The notes under the pieces were generated by a model that had not been told where the DNA came from, searched no databases, and was given only the letters and a program-made list of their open reading frames with translations. A stretch of DNA of 64,000 nucleotides from an uncultured Gemmatimonadales bacterium (lineage in GTDB: Bacteria; Gemmatimonadota; Gemmatimonadetes; Gemmatimonadales; Gemmatimonadaceae): the NCBI GenBank assembly GCA_963793305.1, contig CAWBZV010000005.1:480001-544000 (forward strand), in the 5' to 3' direction. Below, piece after piece: positions 51,539-61,080 of this stretch. Position 1 is the stretch's first letter; each line of letters opens with the position of its first letter. The translations under genes and the position numbers were made by a program.

Positions 51539-52654
51539 GTGGATCTGTCGCGCAGGCAGCTACTGCACGTCGCGAATGCCGTCGCCGGTGCGGCGCTGCT
51601 TGGGGATCAGGCGGCGGCTGGCGCGCGACTCAACCTGTTCGATTTCGAGCCGGCGGCGCGAACGCGACTGAGCCCGGATGTGTACGCCTTCATCGCGGGC
51701 GGTGCCGGTGACGAGCTGACCACGCGGTGGAATCGAGAGTCGCTGGATCGCATTCGGCTGTGTCCGCGCAACCTGGAGGATGTGTCGGATGTCGACCTGT
51801 CCGTCAGTCAACCGGGGCTCGATCTCCCGCATCCGATCCTGCTCGCTCCCATTGGGTTTCAGCGTCTCATGCACGTCGAGGGAGAGACTGGGACGGTGCG
51901 TGGCGCGAGCGCGGCCGGTGCGACGACGGTCGTGAGCATGGGGACGACGACGCCGACGGAAGCCCTCGTGCACGCGGCCACGCGACCGATTTGGTCGCAG
52001 ATGTACATGCTCTATAGTCGCGTGTTCGTGCAGGAGTTCGTGGAGCGCGTCCACGCGGCGGGCACGCAGGCCATCGTCGTGACGATCGATACGGCGTCGA
52101 ATGGCCCGCGGAACCGCCAGGAGCGGGCGAAGTTCGGCGTTCCCGCCGATCTGGTGCTCCCGCACATGACGCCCGGCGTGGGCGAAGCGGCCGATCCGAA
52201 GTTCGTGGAGCGCGTGACGTGGACGGATCTCGAGTGGCTGCGGTCCATCGTGCGCCTGCCGTTGTGGGTCAAAGGCATCCTCAATCCGAAGGAAGCGGAT
52301 CGGGCGATCGGATTGGGTGTCTCCGGGCTCATCGTCTCGAACCACGGTGGCCGCAATCTCGATGGGAATCCGGCGACGATCGATGCGCTGCCGTGGGTGA
52401 TCGAAACGGTCGCCGGCCGGGTGCCGGTGCTCATGGATGGTGGGATTCGCCGGGGCACCGACGTGCTCAAAGCGCTGGCGTTGGGTGCCAACGCCGTGCT
52501 GATCGGACGTCCCTACGTATACGGACTCGCGGTCGCGGGGGCGGCCGGGGTGAGCGCCGTGCTCGAGATCCTCAAGACGGAGCTTCGCATGGCTATGATG
52601 CTCACGGGACGTCCGACGGTGGCGTCCATCGATCGGTCCGTCCTGTGGCAATGA
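51539..52654 (+). CDS. FMN-dependent alpha-hydroxy acid oxidase with Tat-like signal
   Basis: VSNHGGRNLD, DGGIRRGTDVLKALALGA; N-terminal 'LSRRQLL'. Confidence 0.93.
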   Translation: MDLSRRQLLHVANAVAGAALLGDQAAAGARLNLFDFEPAARTRLSPDVYAFIAGGAGDELTTRWNRESLDRIRLCPRNLEDVSDVDLSVSQPGLDLPHPILLAPIGFQRLMHVEGETGTVRGASAAGATTVVSMGTTTPTEALVHAATRPIWSQMYMLYSRVFVQEFVERVHAAGTQAIVVTIDTASNGPRNRQERAKFGVPADLVLPHMTPGVGEAADPKFVERVTWTDLEWLRSIVRLPLWVKGILNPKEADRAIGLGVSGLIVSNHGGRNLDGNPATIDALPWVIETVAGRVPVLMDGGIRRGTDVLKALALGANAVLIGRPYVYGLAVAGAAGVSAVLEILKTELRMAMMLTGRPTVASIDRSVLWQ

Positions 52655-54912
52655 ACCGGACAGTCGGCGTGTTCTTCGGTGCACTCGTGCTGCTGGCCGC
52701 GAGAACGACGGATCCGCGGCCCTTGGTGGGGTACTCGTCGTCGGCCGCGGGTGTCGAGCGAGACTGGGAGTTTCGCTTCCAGGCGTTGCCATTGCCAGAT
52801 CGGTTGCGCGATGCCATGCGGCGGCTCAGCGCTCGCCCGCATCATGTGGGATCGCCGTATGATCGCGACAATGCGGAGTGGTTGCAGGCGCAGTTTCGAT
52901 CATTCGGGTGGGACGCGCACATCGAGACGTTCACGGTGCTGTACCCGACTCCGAAAGAGCGCGTGGTCGAGCTGGTGGCGCCGACCCACTTCGTGGCGGC
53001 TCTCCGGGAGTCACCCATCGCCGGCGATCCGACGAGCGTGCAGGCGAGCGAGCAACTGCCGACGTACAACGCGTATGCCGCCGATGGCGACGTGACGGCA
53101 CCGCTCGTCTACGTGAACTACGGCATGCCGGCTGATTATGAGGAGCTGGCCCGACACGGGGTGTCGGTCAAAGGGGCGATCGTGATCGCGCGGTACTGGG
53201 GCGGGTGGCGCGGGACGAAACCCAAGGTCGCGGCGCAGCACGGGGCCCTGGGGTGCTTGATCTACTCGGATCCGGCCGATGACGGCTACGCGACGGGCGT
53301 CGTGTACCCGGCGGGGCCGAAGCGTCCGCGCGATGCGGTGCAGCGGGGCAGTGTGATCGATCTGGCAGTCGAGCCGGGGGATCCGTTGACGCCCGACGTT
53401 GGCGCCACGGCCGACGCGAAGCGGCTGCCTATCTCCGAAGCGAAGACGATCATGCCGATTCCCGTCTTGCCGCTTTCGTCCGCCGATGCGGAGCCGCTCT
53501 TGGCCGCGCTCGGCGGCAGCGTCGCGCCAGACGGTTGGCGGGGTGCCCTGCCCATCACGTATCGCATTGGGCCGGGGTCGGCGCGGGTGCACTTCCGCTT
53601 GCGATCGAACTGGACGATGACGCCGATCTACGACGTTGTCGCGCGGCTCGAGGGATCGACGGCGAGCGACGAGTGGGTGATTCGGGGCAACCACCATGAT
53701 GCGTGGGTGAACGGGGCGGGTGATCCGATCTCGGGTCTGGTCGCCGAGCTCGAGGAAGCGCGGGCGCTCGGGTTGCTCGTGGCCCAGGGTTGGAAGCCGC
53801 GCCGCACACTCATTTATTGCGCGTGGGACGGAGAGGAAGCGGGGTTGTTCGGGTCGACGGAGTGGGTCGAGGCCCATGCCGATGAGCTGCGAGCGCACGC
53901 GGTGGCGTATCTCAACTCCGACAACACCGACGTTGGGTATTTGTCGCTCTTGGGGTCTCCCGTGCTCGGGGCTTTGCTCGACGACGTGGCGCGTGAGATC
54001 ACCGACCCGGAGACGCACGGGACGCTGTGGCGGCGGATGCAGGCGCTCGTTGTGCGCACGGGCACGCCGGAGCAGCGGGCCGACGCGCGGACCCGCGGCC
54101 AGCTGCGCATGGACGCGCCGGGCTCGGGGTCGGATTTTTCCCCCTTCGTGCATCATCTGGGGATTCCGGCTGCGCATATCGCGTTTGGGGGGGAAGGGGA
54201 CATCTTTGGGGTCTATCACTCGATCTACGATGATTTCGCGTTCTATACGCGATTCGACGATACGAGCTTCGCCTATGGGCGGGCGTTGGCGCAGACGATC
54301 GGCACGGCGAGTATGCGGCTCGCGGACGCGGAGCTCATTCCGTACGATTTCAGCGGTCTCGCGGAGACCAGCCAGCATTGGGTCAACGAGCTTACTGGGC
54401 TGGCAGAGGCGGAGGCGGGCTCGATCGCTGAGCAGAATCGGGAGATTCGGGATAGTGTGTTCGTGTTGACGGCGGATCCGCGGGAGACGTTCGTGCCGCC
54501 GGACACGGTGGCCGCGCCGCCGCATTTGAGCTTCGCGCCGCTCGAGAACAGCGCGGACGCGCTGACGCGCGCGGCTACGGCGTACGATTCGGTGCGCGCG
54601 TCGCTGGCTCAAGGCGACGGGAGCCGGCTCGACTCACCGGGCGTCAAGGCGGTGAACGCGATCATCATTCAGAGCGAGCGGGCGCTGACGTTGCCGGACG
54701 GGCTGCGCGGGCGGCCGTGGTACAAGCATCTCTTGTACGCTCCCGGTTTATACACGGGATATGCAGTGAAGACGGTGCCCGGCGTCCGGGAGGCGATCGA
54801 GCAGAAGCAGTGGACGGAGGCGGACGCCGAGATTGTTCGGGTTGCGGCGGCGCTCGATGCGGAGGCCACACTAATACGCCGGGCGACGGCGGAGTTGGCG
54901 GCGGTGCGGTGA
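52651..54912 (+). CDS. M28B glutamate carboxypeptidase II-like peptidase (PA + TfR dimer domains)
   Basis: 'YVNYG', 'GNHHDAW', 'WDGEEAGLFGSTEW', 'GSGSDF', 'YHSIYD', 'RPWYKHLLYAPG'. Confidence 0.95.
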   Translation: MNRTVGVFFGALVLLAARTTDPRPLVGYSSSAAGVERDWEFRFQALPLPDRLRDAMRRLSARPHHVGSPYDRDNAEWLQAQFRSFGWDAHIETFTVLYPTPKERVVELVAPTHFVAALRESPIAGDPTSVQASEQLPTYNAYAADGDVTAPLVYVNYGMPADYEELARHGVSVKGAIVIARYWGGWRGTKPKVAAQHGALGCLIYSDPADDGYATGVVYPAGPKRPRDAVQRGSVIDLAVEPGDPLTPDVGATADAKRLPISEAKTIMPIPVLPLSSADAEPLLAALGGSVAPDGWRGALPITYRIGPGSARVHFRLRSNWTMTPIYDVVARLEGSTASDEWVIRGNHHDAWVNGAGDPISGLVAELEEARALGLLVAQGWKPRRTLIYCAWDGEEAGLFGSTEWVEAHADELRAHAVAYLNSDNTDVGYLSLLGSPVLGALLDDVAREITDPETHGTLWRRMQALVVRTGTPEQRADARTRGQLRMDAPGSGSDFSPFVHHLGIPAAHIAFGGEGDIFGVYHSIYDDFAFYTRFDDTSFAYGRALAQTIGTASMRLADAELIPYDFSGLAETSQHWVNELTGLAEAEAGSIAEQNREIRDSVFVLTADPRETFVPPDTVAAPPHLSFAPLENSADALTRAATAYDSVRASLAQGDGSRLDSPGVKAVNAIIIQSERALTLPDGLRGRPWYKHLLYAPGLYTGYAVKTVPGVREAIEQKQWTEADAEIVRVAAALDAEATLIRRATAELAAVR

Positions 54913-54967
54913 CGGGTGCATAGGGGTCGAGTCGGCGGTCGTCGGATCCCGTTTTGCGAGAGTCTGC

Positions 54968-54984
54968 GTTGCGTCTGTTCAAGA
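54968..54984 (+). promoter_or_regulatory. Recurrent site GTTGCGTCTGTTCAAGA
   Basis: GACCTT at 18 nt; upstream of 55154. Confidence 0.78.
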
Positions 54985-55153
54985 CATTGGCGGCTCCTCG
55001 ACGACCTTACGGTCGTATGCCGCAATTGCGCGCGCGCGCGGGCACCGTCCTTCGCCTGCCGACGGCAGCTGAGCACCATGTGCTCCGGGTCTTGTGGACG
55101 TACGGTCTCCGCACGCCGTCCACGGTACCGTCAACCCCCACGTATACTGGGAC

Positions 55154-56008
55154 ATGATTGCACTCCATCTCTTAATGATCTTGGCCCAGGCCCAGGCGCC
55201 AGACTCGCTCCTCACGACCGTGCGCGGGCTCAGTCGCGTTATCCCTGGCGAATTGCCGACCGCGGTGAGTTACCTGAGCGCCTACGAAGACTCCCTGGTC
55301 ATCGGGAGTGCGGTCGACGGCGCGGGATCATCCAATGTCTTCATGGTCACGGGCGTCTTCCAAGTGCGATTCAAGCACGGCTGGATCATGGTCGACGCCG
55401 CCATGGACTCATCGACCCAACATCAGATCCGCTCGTTCAAGGCCGACAACTTCGCGAGGATCGAGACGGCGCTCGAGAAGGCGAACTTGATCGTCATCAC
55501 GCACGAGCACGCGGACCATGTTCAGCCGTTGGTCAAGTCGCCGATCGCTGACCAAGTCGCGCCGCATACATTGCTCACCAGGGAGCAAGTCCAGACTCTG
55601 GTCACGAAGCCCGAAGTCGCGTTCACCTCAATGGACTCATCGCAGGTGGGCCGGTACATTGTCGTCGCTTACGACCGGGCGCTGCCGATCGCGCCCGGGG
55701 TTGTGCTGATCAAGGCGGCCGGGCACACACCGGGATCGCAGATGGTCTATGTGAAGCTCGCGTCGGGGCGAGAAATGATCCTCGCTGGCGACGTCGCGTG
55801 GTTCGTGCTCGGCATCGATACGCAACGCCAGAAGCCCGACTCGACGAGCCGGTTCATGGGCGAGGATCGTACGGCCCTCGGCAAGGAACTCGCCTGGCTC
55901 AAGGACGTGCGAGCGCAAGGGGTCACGGTCGTGGTGAGTCACGACGGGAGCCAGCTCAAGTCGCTCGCCAAGAAGGGTGTGCTCAGCGAGGGACTGGTAG
56001 TCCAGTAA
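55154..56008 (+). CDS. MBL-fold metallohydrolase
   Basis: THEHADH, AGHTPG, GDVAW, VSHD. Confidence 0.9.
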   Translation: MIALHLLMILAQAQAPDSLLTTVRGLSRVIPGELPTAVSYLSAYEDSLVIGSAVDGAGSSNVFMVTGVFQVRFKHGWIMVDAAMDSSTQHQIRSFKADNFARIETALEKANLIVITHEHADHVQPLVKSPIADQVAPHTLLTREQVQTLVTKPEVAFTSMDSSQVGRYIVVAYDRALPIAPGVVLIKAAGHTPGSQMVYVKLASGREMILAGDVAWFVLGIDTQRQKPDSTSRFMGEDRTALGKELAWLKDVRAQGVTVVVSHDGSQLKSLAKKGVLSEGLVVQ

Positions 56009-56260
56009 GGCGGATCGCGGAACCGACGCTTTTACCGCCGCGGAACGCGAGGTAGGCTCAGAGCACGTCGTGATTGGCAACGGTCACGGTCGTGCCGCTC
56101 CGGCGAGGCAGATGGGGGCAGGGGTGGCGCTCCCCGGCGAATGGGGGTCGAGGTTCGGGTCTGGATCCGAGCGGTCGCATACTCCTGTTTTCCCGTACAA
56201 TTGGGGCCAGTTTGTTCGGAATTGGCAGCGGGAGCTCAGGCTCGACGACATGTTCGGACT

Positions 56261-57469
56261 ATGACACATCACCATTGGCCAACCCGGCTCGCGGCGGCTT
56301 TACTGTGCGTTGGCTGCAACCAGGCCGCCTATCCACTCACGCAGGATGTCACGATCCCGATTGAGCTGGCGAACAACAACGTGTATCTCAAAGTGCGCGT
56401 CGACGACTCGCCACCGGTGTGGTTTCTGCTCGATACTGGTGACAAGTACGCTCTCGTCGACCTGGCCATGGCGCAATCACTCGGCGTGGCGCTCACGGGC
56501 GACATCGATATCCACGGCGGAAGCGGCGGCAGCGTACCCGGCCGGTTCGTCGGCGGTAGCCGGTTCTCGCTGGTCGGATTGGACGGATTTTCTCAGCCGC
56601 TCTTTCTCGCCCTGCCGCTCGGGGACCTCGCCAAAGCCACCGGACACGAACTCGATGGCATTCTCGGATACAATTTCTTGAGTCAATTCATCGTCGAGGT
56701 CGACTACGTCGCCCGCACCGTGACACTGCACGACCGCAATCGGTTTCAGTACCATGGCTCTGGCGAGATCATCCCGATCACATTCGACGCGTCCGACAAT
56801 CCGCGCGTGCACGCTCGCGTCACGATCGCCGGGCATGAGCCGATCAATGGAACGTTCTTCCTTGACATGGGTGCCTCCGACGCCTTGCTGTTGGATGCGC
56901 CGTTGCTGGATCGGGCGCGCCTGTTGCCGCTCGCGACGCCGAGCATCTCGCGGCCCCGCCCGACGAGCGTTGGTGGTGCCGTCGGCGCGTTCGCGATCGG
57001 GCGCATCGAGGCGCTCACGCTTGGGACGAGCGTCATCCAGAGACCCGTCGTGGCGTTCGCGGAGACAACCGGTGGGCACCCTCCGTCGCATGGGGCCAAT
57101 GGAACGATCGGCGGTGAGGTGCTCCGACGATTTCACGTGTTCCTCGATTACGGCCGCAAGCGACTGATCCTCGAGCCCAATGTGCGCCTGGGCGATCCCA
57201 TCGAGCTCGGCATGAGCGGGCTGCAGCTGACCGCTCTGGGGCACGACTATCGAACGTTGACCGTCGATACGGTTTTTGCGCGCTCACCCGCCTCCGAGGC
57301 CGACATCCAAAAGGGGGATTCGGTCATTGCCATCGATGGCCGTGGCGCCGGTGAGTACACGCTCTCGGAGATTCGCGATCTCTTCCGGCGCGAAGGGTCA
57401 CACAATATGACCCTCGCCCGTGGCCAGAGACGACTTACCGTCACGCTTGCGTTGCGTCGGCTCATTTAA
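56261..57469 (+). CDS. Lipoprotein aspartyl protease (two retropepsin-like domains) + PDZ
   Basis: LLDTG...GILG and FLDMGA...GTIGG; C-terminal PDZ 'SPASEADIQKGDSVIAIDG'; lipobox CVGC. Confidence 0.9.
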   Translation: MTHHHWPTRLAAALLCVGCNQAAYPLTQDVTIPIELANNNVYLKVRVDDSPPVWFLLDTGDKYALVDLAMAQSLGVALTGDIDIHGGSGGSVPGRFVGGSRFSLVGLDGFSQPLFLALPLGDLAKATGHELDGILGYNFLSQFIVEVDYVARTVTLHDRNRFQYHGSGEIIPITFDASDNPRVHARVTIAGHEPINGTFFLDMGASDALLLDAPLLDRARLLPLATPSISRPRPTSVGGAVGAFAIGRIEALTLGTSVIQRPVVAFAETTGGHPPSHGANGTIGGEVLRRFHVFLDYGRKRLILEPNVRLGDPIELGMSGLQLTALGHDYRTLTVDTVFARSPASEADIQKGDSVIAIDGRGAGEYTLSEIRDLFRREGSHNMTLARGQRRLTVTLALRRLI

Positions 57470-57480
57470 ATGTCGTCGGC

Positions 57481-57560
57481 GCAGAGGAGCCGTCGGCGCG
57501 CACGATGAAGAGGTCTCGTGTGGAGCCCGCTTTGCTCGTGAAGACGAGCTGGGAATCGTC
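57481..57560 (+). repeat. ~80-bp direct repeat, copy 1 (TolB/PD40 remnant)
   Basis: Matches 58501-58581 with 4 substitutions and 1 indel. Confidence 0.9.
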
Positions 57561-57607
57561 AGGCAGGCGCACACCGGGGTGACCGAGAGGGCGGAGTCTA
57601 GGGGTTC

Positions 57608-58249
57608 CTAAGGGTTCTTCTTGATCCCGAGGATTATGCCGTTAAGTGCCTGAGCATATATGCTGACATTGTCGTTGCCCGGGAACGTGACTTCCGTAAC
57701 CACCATGAACGTTCGGAGCTCGCAGAAGCCGCCGGCGGTCCAGGCCGGGACGGTTGTGTAGCGCAGCGTTGGTGAGTTGGTGCACTGACGGGGGATGGAG
57801 TTCGCTTCGAAGTAATCAGCCGAGTCGGTTGCGAGCAACGTAGCTGTGGTATCGTAGAGACGCTCCCTCAGGCCTGGACTCACGAGTATCCCCGAACTCA
57901 CATTCGAATCACTGAACGTCATCAACGTGAACGATCGGGCCGTGATGGCGCCCTGTGCATCCAACGAATCGATCTCGAGAATGAATCCTTGCGACGTATC
58001 CACTCGCATGCCGTCTTGGATCGCCAAGGGAGAGGGTGCGGCGCCAAACGCCGGCGGGAGTGCGAAGTTCGTCAGAAACGTGCATCGCGCTGCTTGGTTG
58101 CTGTTGTTACATGCTGATCCCAGGAGCTGGTCGAAGTGGACGGCTTCGAGGGCGAGTGTAGCCTTGGGTTCAGAAATCCCGGTATCGCTGCCGCAGGCGA
58201 TTGCGGCGGCAACCAGTGACACCCAGGCGGCGATACGAGCACCGTTCAT
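57608..58249 (-). CDS. Hypothetical lipoprotein
   Basis: GGGGAGG RBS; lipobox AIAC; four additional Cys; lower GC. Confidence 0.7.
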   Translation of the reverse strand: MNGARIAAWVSLVAAAIACGSDTGISEPKATLALEAVHFDQLLGSACNNSNQAARCTFLTNFALPPAFGAAPSPLAIQDGMRVDTSQGFILEIDSLDAQGAITARSFTLMTFSDSNVSSGILVSPGLRERLYDTTATLLATDSADYFEANSIPRQCTNSPTLRYTTVPAWTAGGFCELRTFMVVTEVTFPGNDNVSIYAQALNGIILGIKKNP

Positions 58250-58357
58250 AACACCGAACCTCCCCTAGGGGAACGGTTCTTTAACTCAGGTCGTTCGGTC
58301 GCGGTTCAACTGTCCCGACGATACCCCATCATATGGTATGGCGTGGAAGTATTGCCG

Positions 58358-58374
58358 TCTTGAACGAACGCAAC
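58358..58374 (-). promoter_or_regulatory. Recurrent site GTTGCGTTCGTTCAAGA
   Basis: TACCAT at 19 nt; upstream of the lipoprotein at 58249. Confidence 0.8.
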
Positions 58375-58479
58375 TCGGCGCGTGGTTAACCGACCTTGGG
58401 CACGGTGGGTTGCCTCTCTTCGCTGACCGGCAACTTCAAGTCGCGTCCGAGCGCCTCGTCGGGGCCCAGGGAGTTTCAT

Positions 58480-58730
58480 GAGTGCGAACCGATGCGATGC
58501 GCGGAGGAGCCGTCGGCGCGCACGATGAAGGAGGTCTCGTGTGGCGCCCGCTTTGCTCGTCAAGACGAGCTGAGAATCGTCCGGAGTCCACGCCGGAAGG
58601 CCCATGCTCTCCTTGGTGTGCGTCAATTGCACCGGGTTCGTGCCGTCGGCCCCCCATAATATAAATGTCCGATCCGAGGCGAACGCGATTGTTTTGTTGT
58701 CATGGAACCAGGCCGGCGTATGAGATCGCC
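58480..58730 (-). pseudogene. TolB/PD40 beta-propeller C-terminal fragment
   Basis: 'PAWFHDNKTIAFASDR...ADGTNPVQLT...PAWTPDDSQLVLTS'; no start. Confidence 0.7.
58501..58581 (+). repeat. ~80-bp direct repeat, copy 2
   Basis: Matches 57481-57560. Confidence 0.9.
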
Positions 58731-58738
58731 GCCGCGGC

Positions 58739-60241
58739 CTATGGGGCGGCCGCGATCCGGGCGTTGATCTCGTCGGACACTTTCTTCCAGTCGGTCGGCG
58801 GGAGGTGGCTGCCGACAATGGTGTCGACGGTGAGGCCGTTCTGCGCGATCAGGGCGGCGAGCTCGCTTTCGCCCTGCGTGGCAAAATTGACTTCACCACC
58901 GGGTGAGTAGAGATCGCTTACCCAGAGCACATGTCGATCGGGGAGGTAGGAGACGACTATACGGCGACCGTAGTCGGCCCCAGGGACGTTGACCGGGTAC
59001 AACTCGATGCGATTGGGTCCGTCGCCGAGCGTGAGCTTGGAAGCGACCGGGTGGAGCACCAGGCGCCGGCCGCTCTTGGCGAGCGAATCGGGGTGCGAAA
59101 TGTGCCGGGCACTCGTGACCGCGCGCAGGATGCGCTCGTTGCGGGCGTTGGCATAGACGGGTATCCCGCGGCCGACGTATTCGCGGACGCCGCCGAAGTG
59201 CGCCCACATGAAATCCGTCACCACCAGCGACTTGACGGACACGTCCGGGTACCGTCGTTTGATCTCGTCGAGAACGCAGGCGCTGTACGCGCTGGCGTAG
59301 GGACTGTCGATCACGACCACGCCGGTAGGCTGGCGGACGATCATGGTCGACCATCGTCCTGGGACCCAGGTGACGCCATCCGCCAAATCGATCGGCTTGC
59401 CGCGTCCGTTGCCCAGGATCATGGGCGGTGACGCGACGAACTTGGCGCGCACGGAATCGGGAATGGCGAACGAGTCGGCGGGGGCGGCGGGATGGAGATC
59501 GATGCGGAAGATGCTCACGCGTTGGGTGGGCACCCCGTTGCGATCAGTGGTCCAGGTGCGCGGATACCGGACGCCGCCGGGCTCGCGCGACCACGACGAG
59601 TACCAGGTACGGGTGTGCACGTCTCCCCACTGGGCCCAATCCGGGTCAGCATCGTCCTCCCCGAACGTATCGACGAGCGTGGGGAGGTGGGTCACCGCGC
59701 TCAGATACACGCGCGTCGCGCCACCCTGGATGGCGACCACGTGTTGCGGCACGTCTTGAATGGTCGTGTCTCCCGCCGCCGTGAGGTCGGGCGCGTCGGC
59801 CAGCGTCAACAGGAGGCGCTCGATCCCGTGACGGAGATCATCACGGCGCTGTCGCACGTAGAAGTCTGGCGCGGGGCCCAGGGGCGCGGTGTTGTTGCCT
59901 CTGCTGAACGCGATCGCCCCGACGGAATCCGTCATGATGTAAGTGATCGCGAAAGGGTCATTGGACAAGGGCGCCGCCTCCAAGAATGTTCGGCGCTCGC
60001 GAAGACCCACCAGATCGCGGAGGTCATCGAAGGTCTGCAAGTCCAGCCGTGGGTGGTCGATGTCGGGTGAGAATCCGATGCCGAATGTCTCGGTGGCCCC
60101 GCGGATCCGAACGACGGAGAGTCCGCGTAGGGCGGCTTCGCCGCCGGATGCCGCGATGGCGTCGGCCACCCACAGGCGCGCGTCCGCGGACGGTGTCGGC
60201 GCGGAGGCGACTGTCAGCGCGGCAAGGAGTATGGCGATCAT
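58739..60241 (-). CDS. Secreted protein with degenerate C-terminal MBL-like domain
   Basis: 'AIAASGG' N-terminal module; 'LADGVTWV...VVIDSP...LVVTDFMWAHFGG...SDLY...IVGSH'. Confidence 0.7.
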   Translation of the reverse strand: MIAILLAALTVASAPTPSADARLWVADAIAASGGEAALRGLSVVRIRGATETFGIGFSPDIDHPRLDLQTFDDLRDLVGLRERRTFLEAAPLSNDPFAITYIMTDSVGAIAFSRGNNTAPLGPAPDFYVRQRRDDLRHGIERLLLTLADAPDLTAAGDTTIQDVPQHVVAIQGGATRVYLSAVTHLPTLVDTFGEDDADPDWAQWGDVHTRTWYSSWSREPGGVRYPRTWTTDRNGVPTQRVSIFRIDLHPAAPADSFAIPDSVRAKFVASPPMILGNGRGKPIDLADGVTWVPGRWSTMIVRQPTGVVVIDSPYASAYSACVLDEIKRRYPDVSVKSLVVTDFMWAHFGGVREYVGRGIPVYANARNERILRAVTSARHISHPDSLAKSGRRLVLHPVASKLTLGDGPNRIELYPVNVPGADYGRRIVVSYLPDRHVLWVSDLYSPGGEVNFATQGESELAALIAQNGLTVDTIVGSHLPPTDWKKVSDEINARIAAAP

Positions 60242-60339
60242 GGGACCACGATGCGCAGCTGCGCCCATCGCCGCTCGTCCGGTGCGGGGAACGACCAATC
60301 GGGGTCGCGAACGGCCGCGCGCTCGCGGCCAGTGGCTGG

Positions 60340-61080
60340 TTAGAGTGGCTGGCCCAGCGCGCGCTCGAACTCGTCGCGGCGGCCGCGGGCGAGGACGACC
60401 TTCGACCCGCCGGTCAACAGCAAGATGTGGCGGCCGTGAAAGTACGACTGCACTTCGACCACCCGGGCGATATTGACGATCGCCGAGCGGTGGACTCGGA
60501 CGAATTGGGTGGCATCGAGTCGTTGCTCGAGGGAGGCGAGGGGCTCGCGTATCCGGAGTCGTTCCTCGCGCACGTGGAGGAGGGACTCGTAGTCGTCGGC
60601 CTCGACCCAGTCGATCGTGTCTACGGCGACAATACGCAGTCCGCGTTCCGTCCGGACGCCGATACGTTTGGCGAGTGGCCGGACGGGGTCGCCGTGTCCG
60701 GCGCGGAGCGCCAATTGTTGTTTGGCCCGGGCCACGCTGTCGAACAGGCGCGCGTCGCTGAACGGTTTGACGAGGTAGTCGACCGCCCGCGCCTCGAACG
60801 CGTCAATGGCGTACTGTGGGTGAGCGCTCACGACCACTGTCACCGGGGAGCAGTCGGAGGGGACGGTCGAGAGGCAGGAGAGCCCGTCCAGGAACGGCAT
60901 CTGGACGTCGAGAAACACGAGGTCCGGTGCATCGAGACGCAGTCGGTCGATCGTTTCCCGGCCGTTCCGGCATTCGCCGACGACGCGGATATCCGGGTCG
61001 GCTTCGATCAGCCGTCGCAGGCCGCGGCGCGCGATGGGCTCGTCGTCGGCGATCAGGGTTCGCCAGGGGCCGTGTCTCAT
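60340..61080 (-). CDS. LytTR-family response regulator (intact)
   Basis: LIADDEP, FLDVQMP, DYLVKP, FVRVHRSAIVN. Confidence 0.95.
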   Translation of the reverse strand: MRHGPWRTLIADDEPIARRGLRRLIEADPDIRVVGECRNGRETIDRLRLDAPDLVFLDVQMPFLDGLSCLSTVPSDCSPVTVVVSAHPQYAIDAFEARAVDYLVKPFSDARLFDSVARAKQQLALRAGHGDPVRPLAKRIGVRTERGLRIVAVDTIDWVEADDYESLLHVREERLRIREPLASLEQRLDATQFVRVHRSAIVNIARVVEVQSYFHGRHILLLTGGSKVVLARGRRDEFERALGQPL

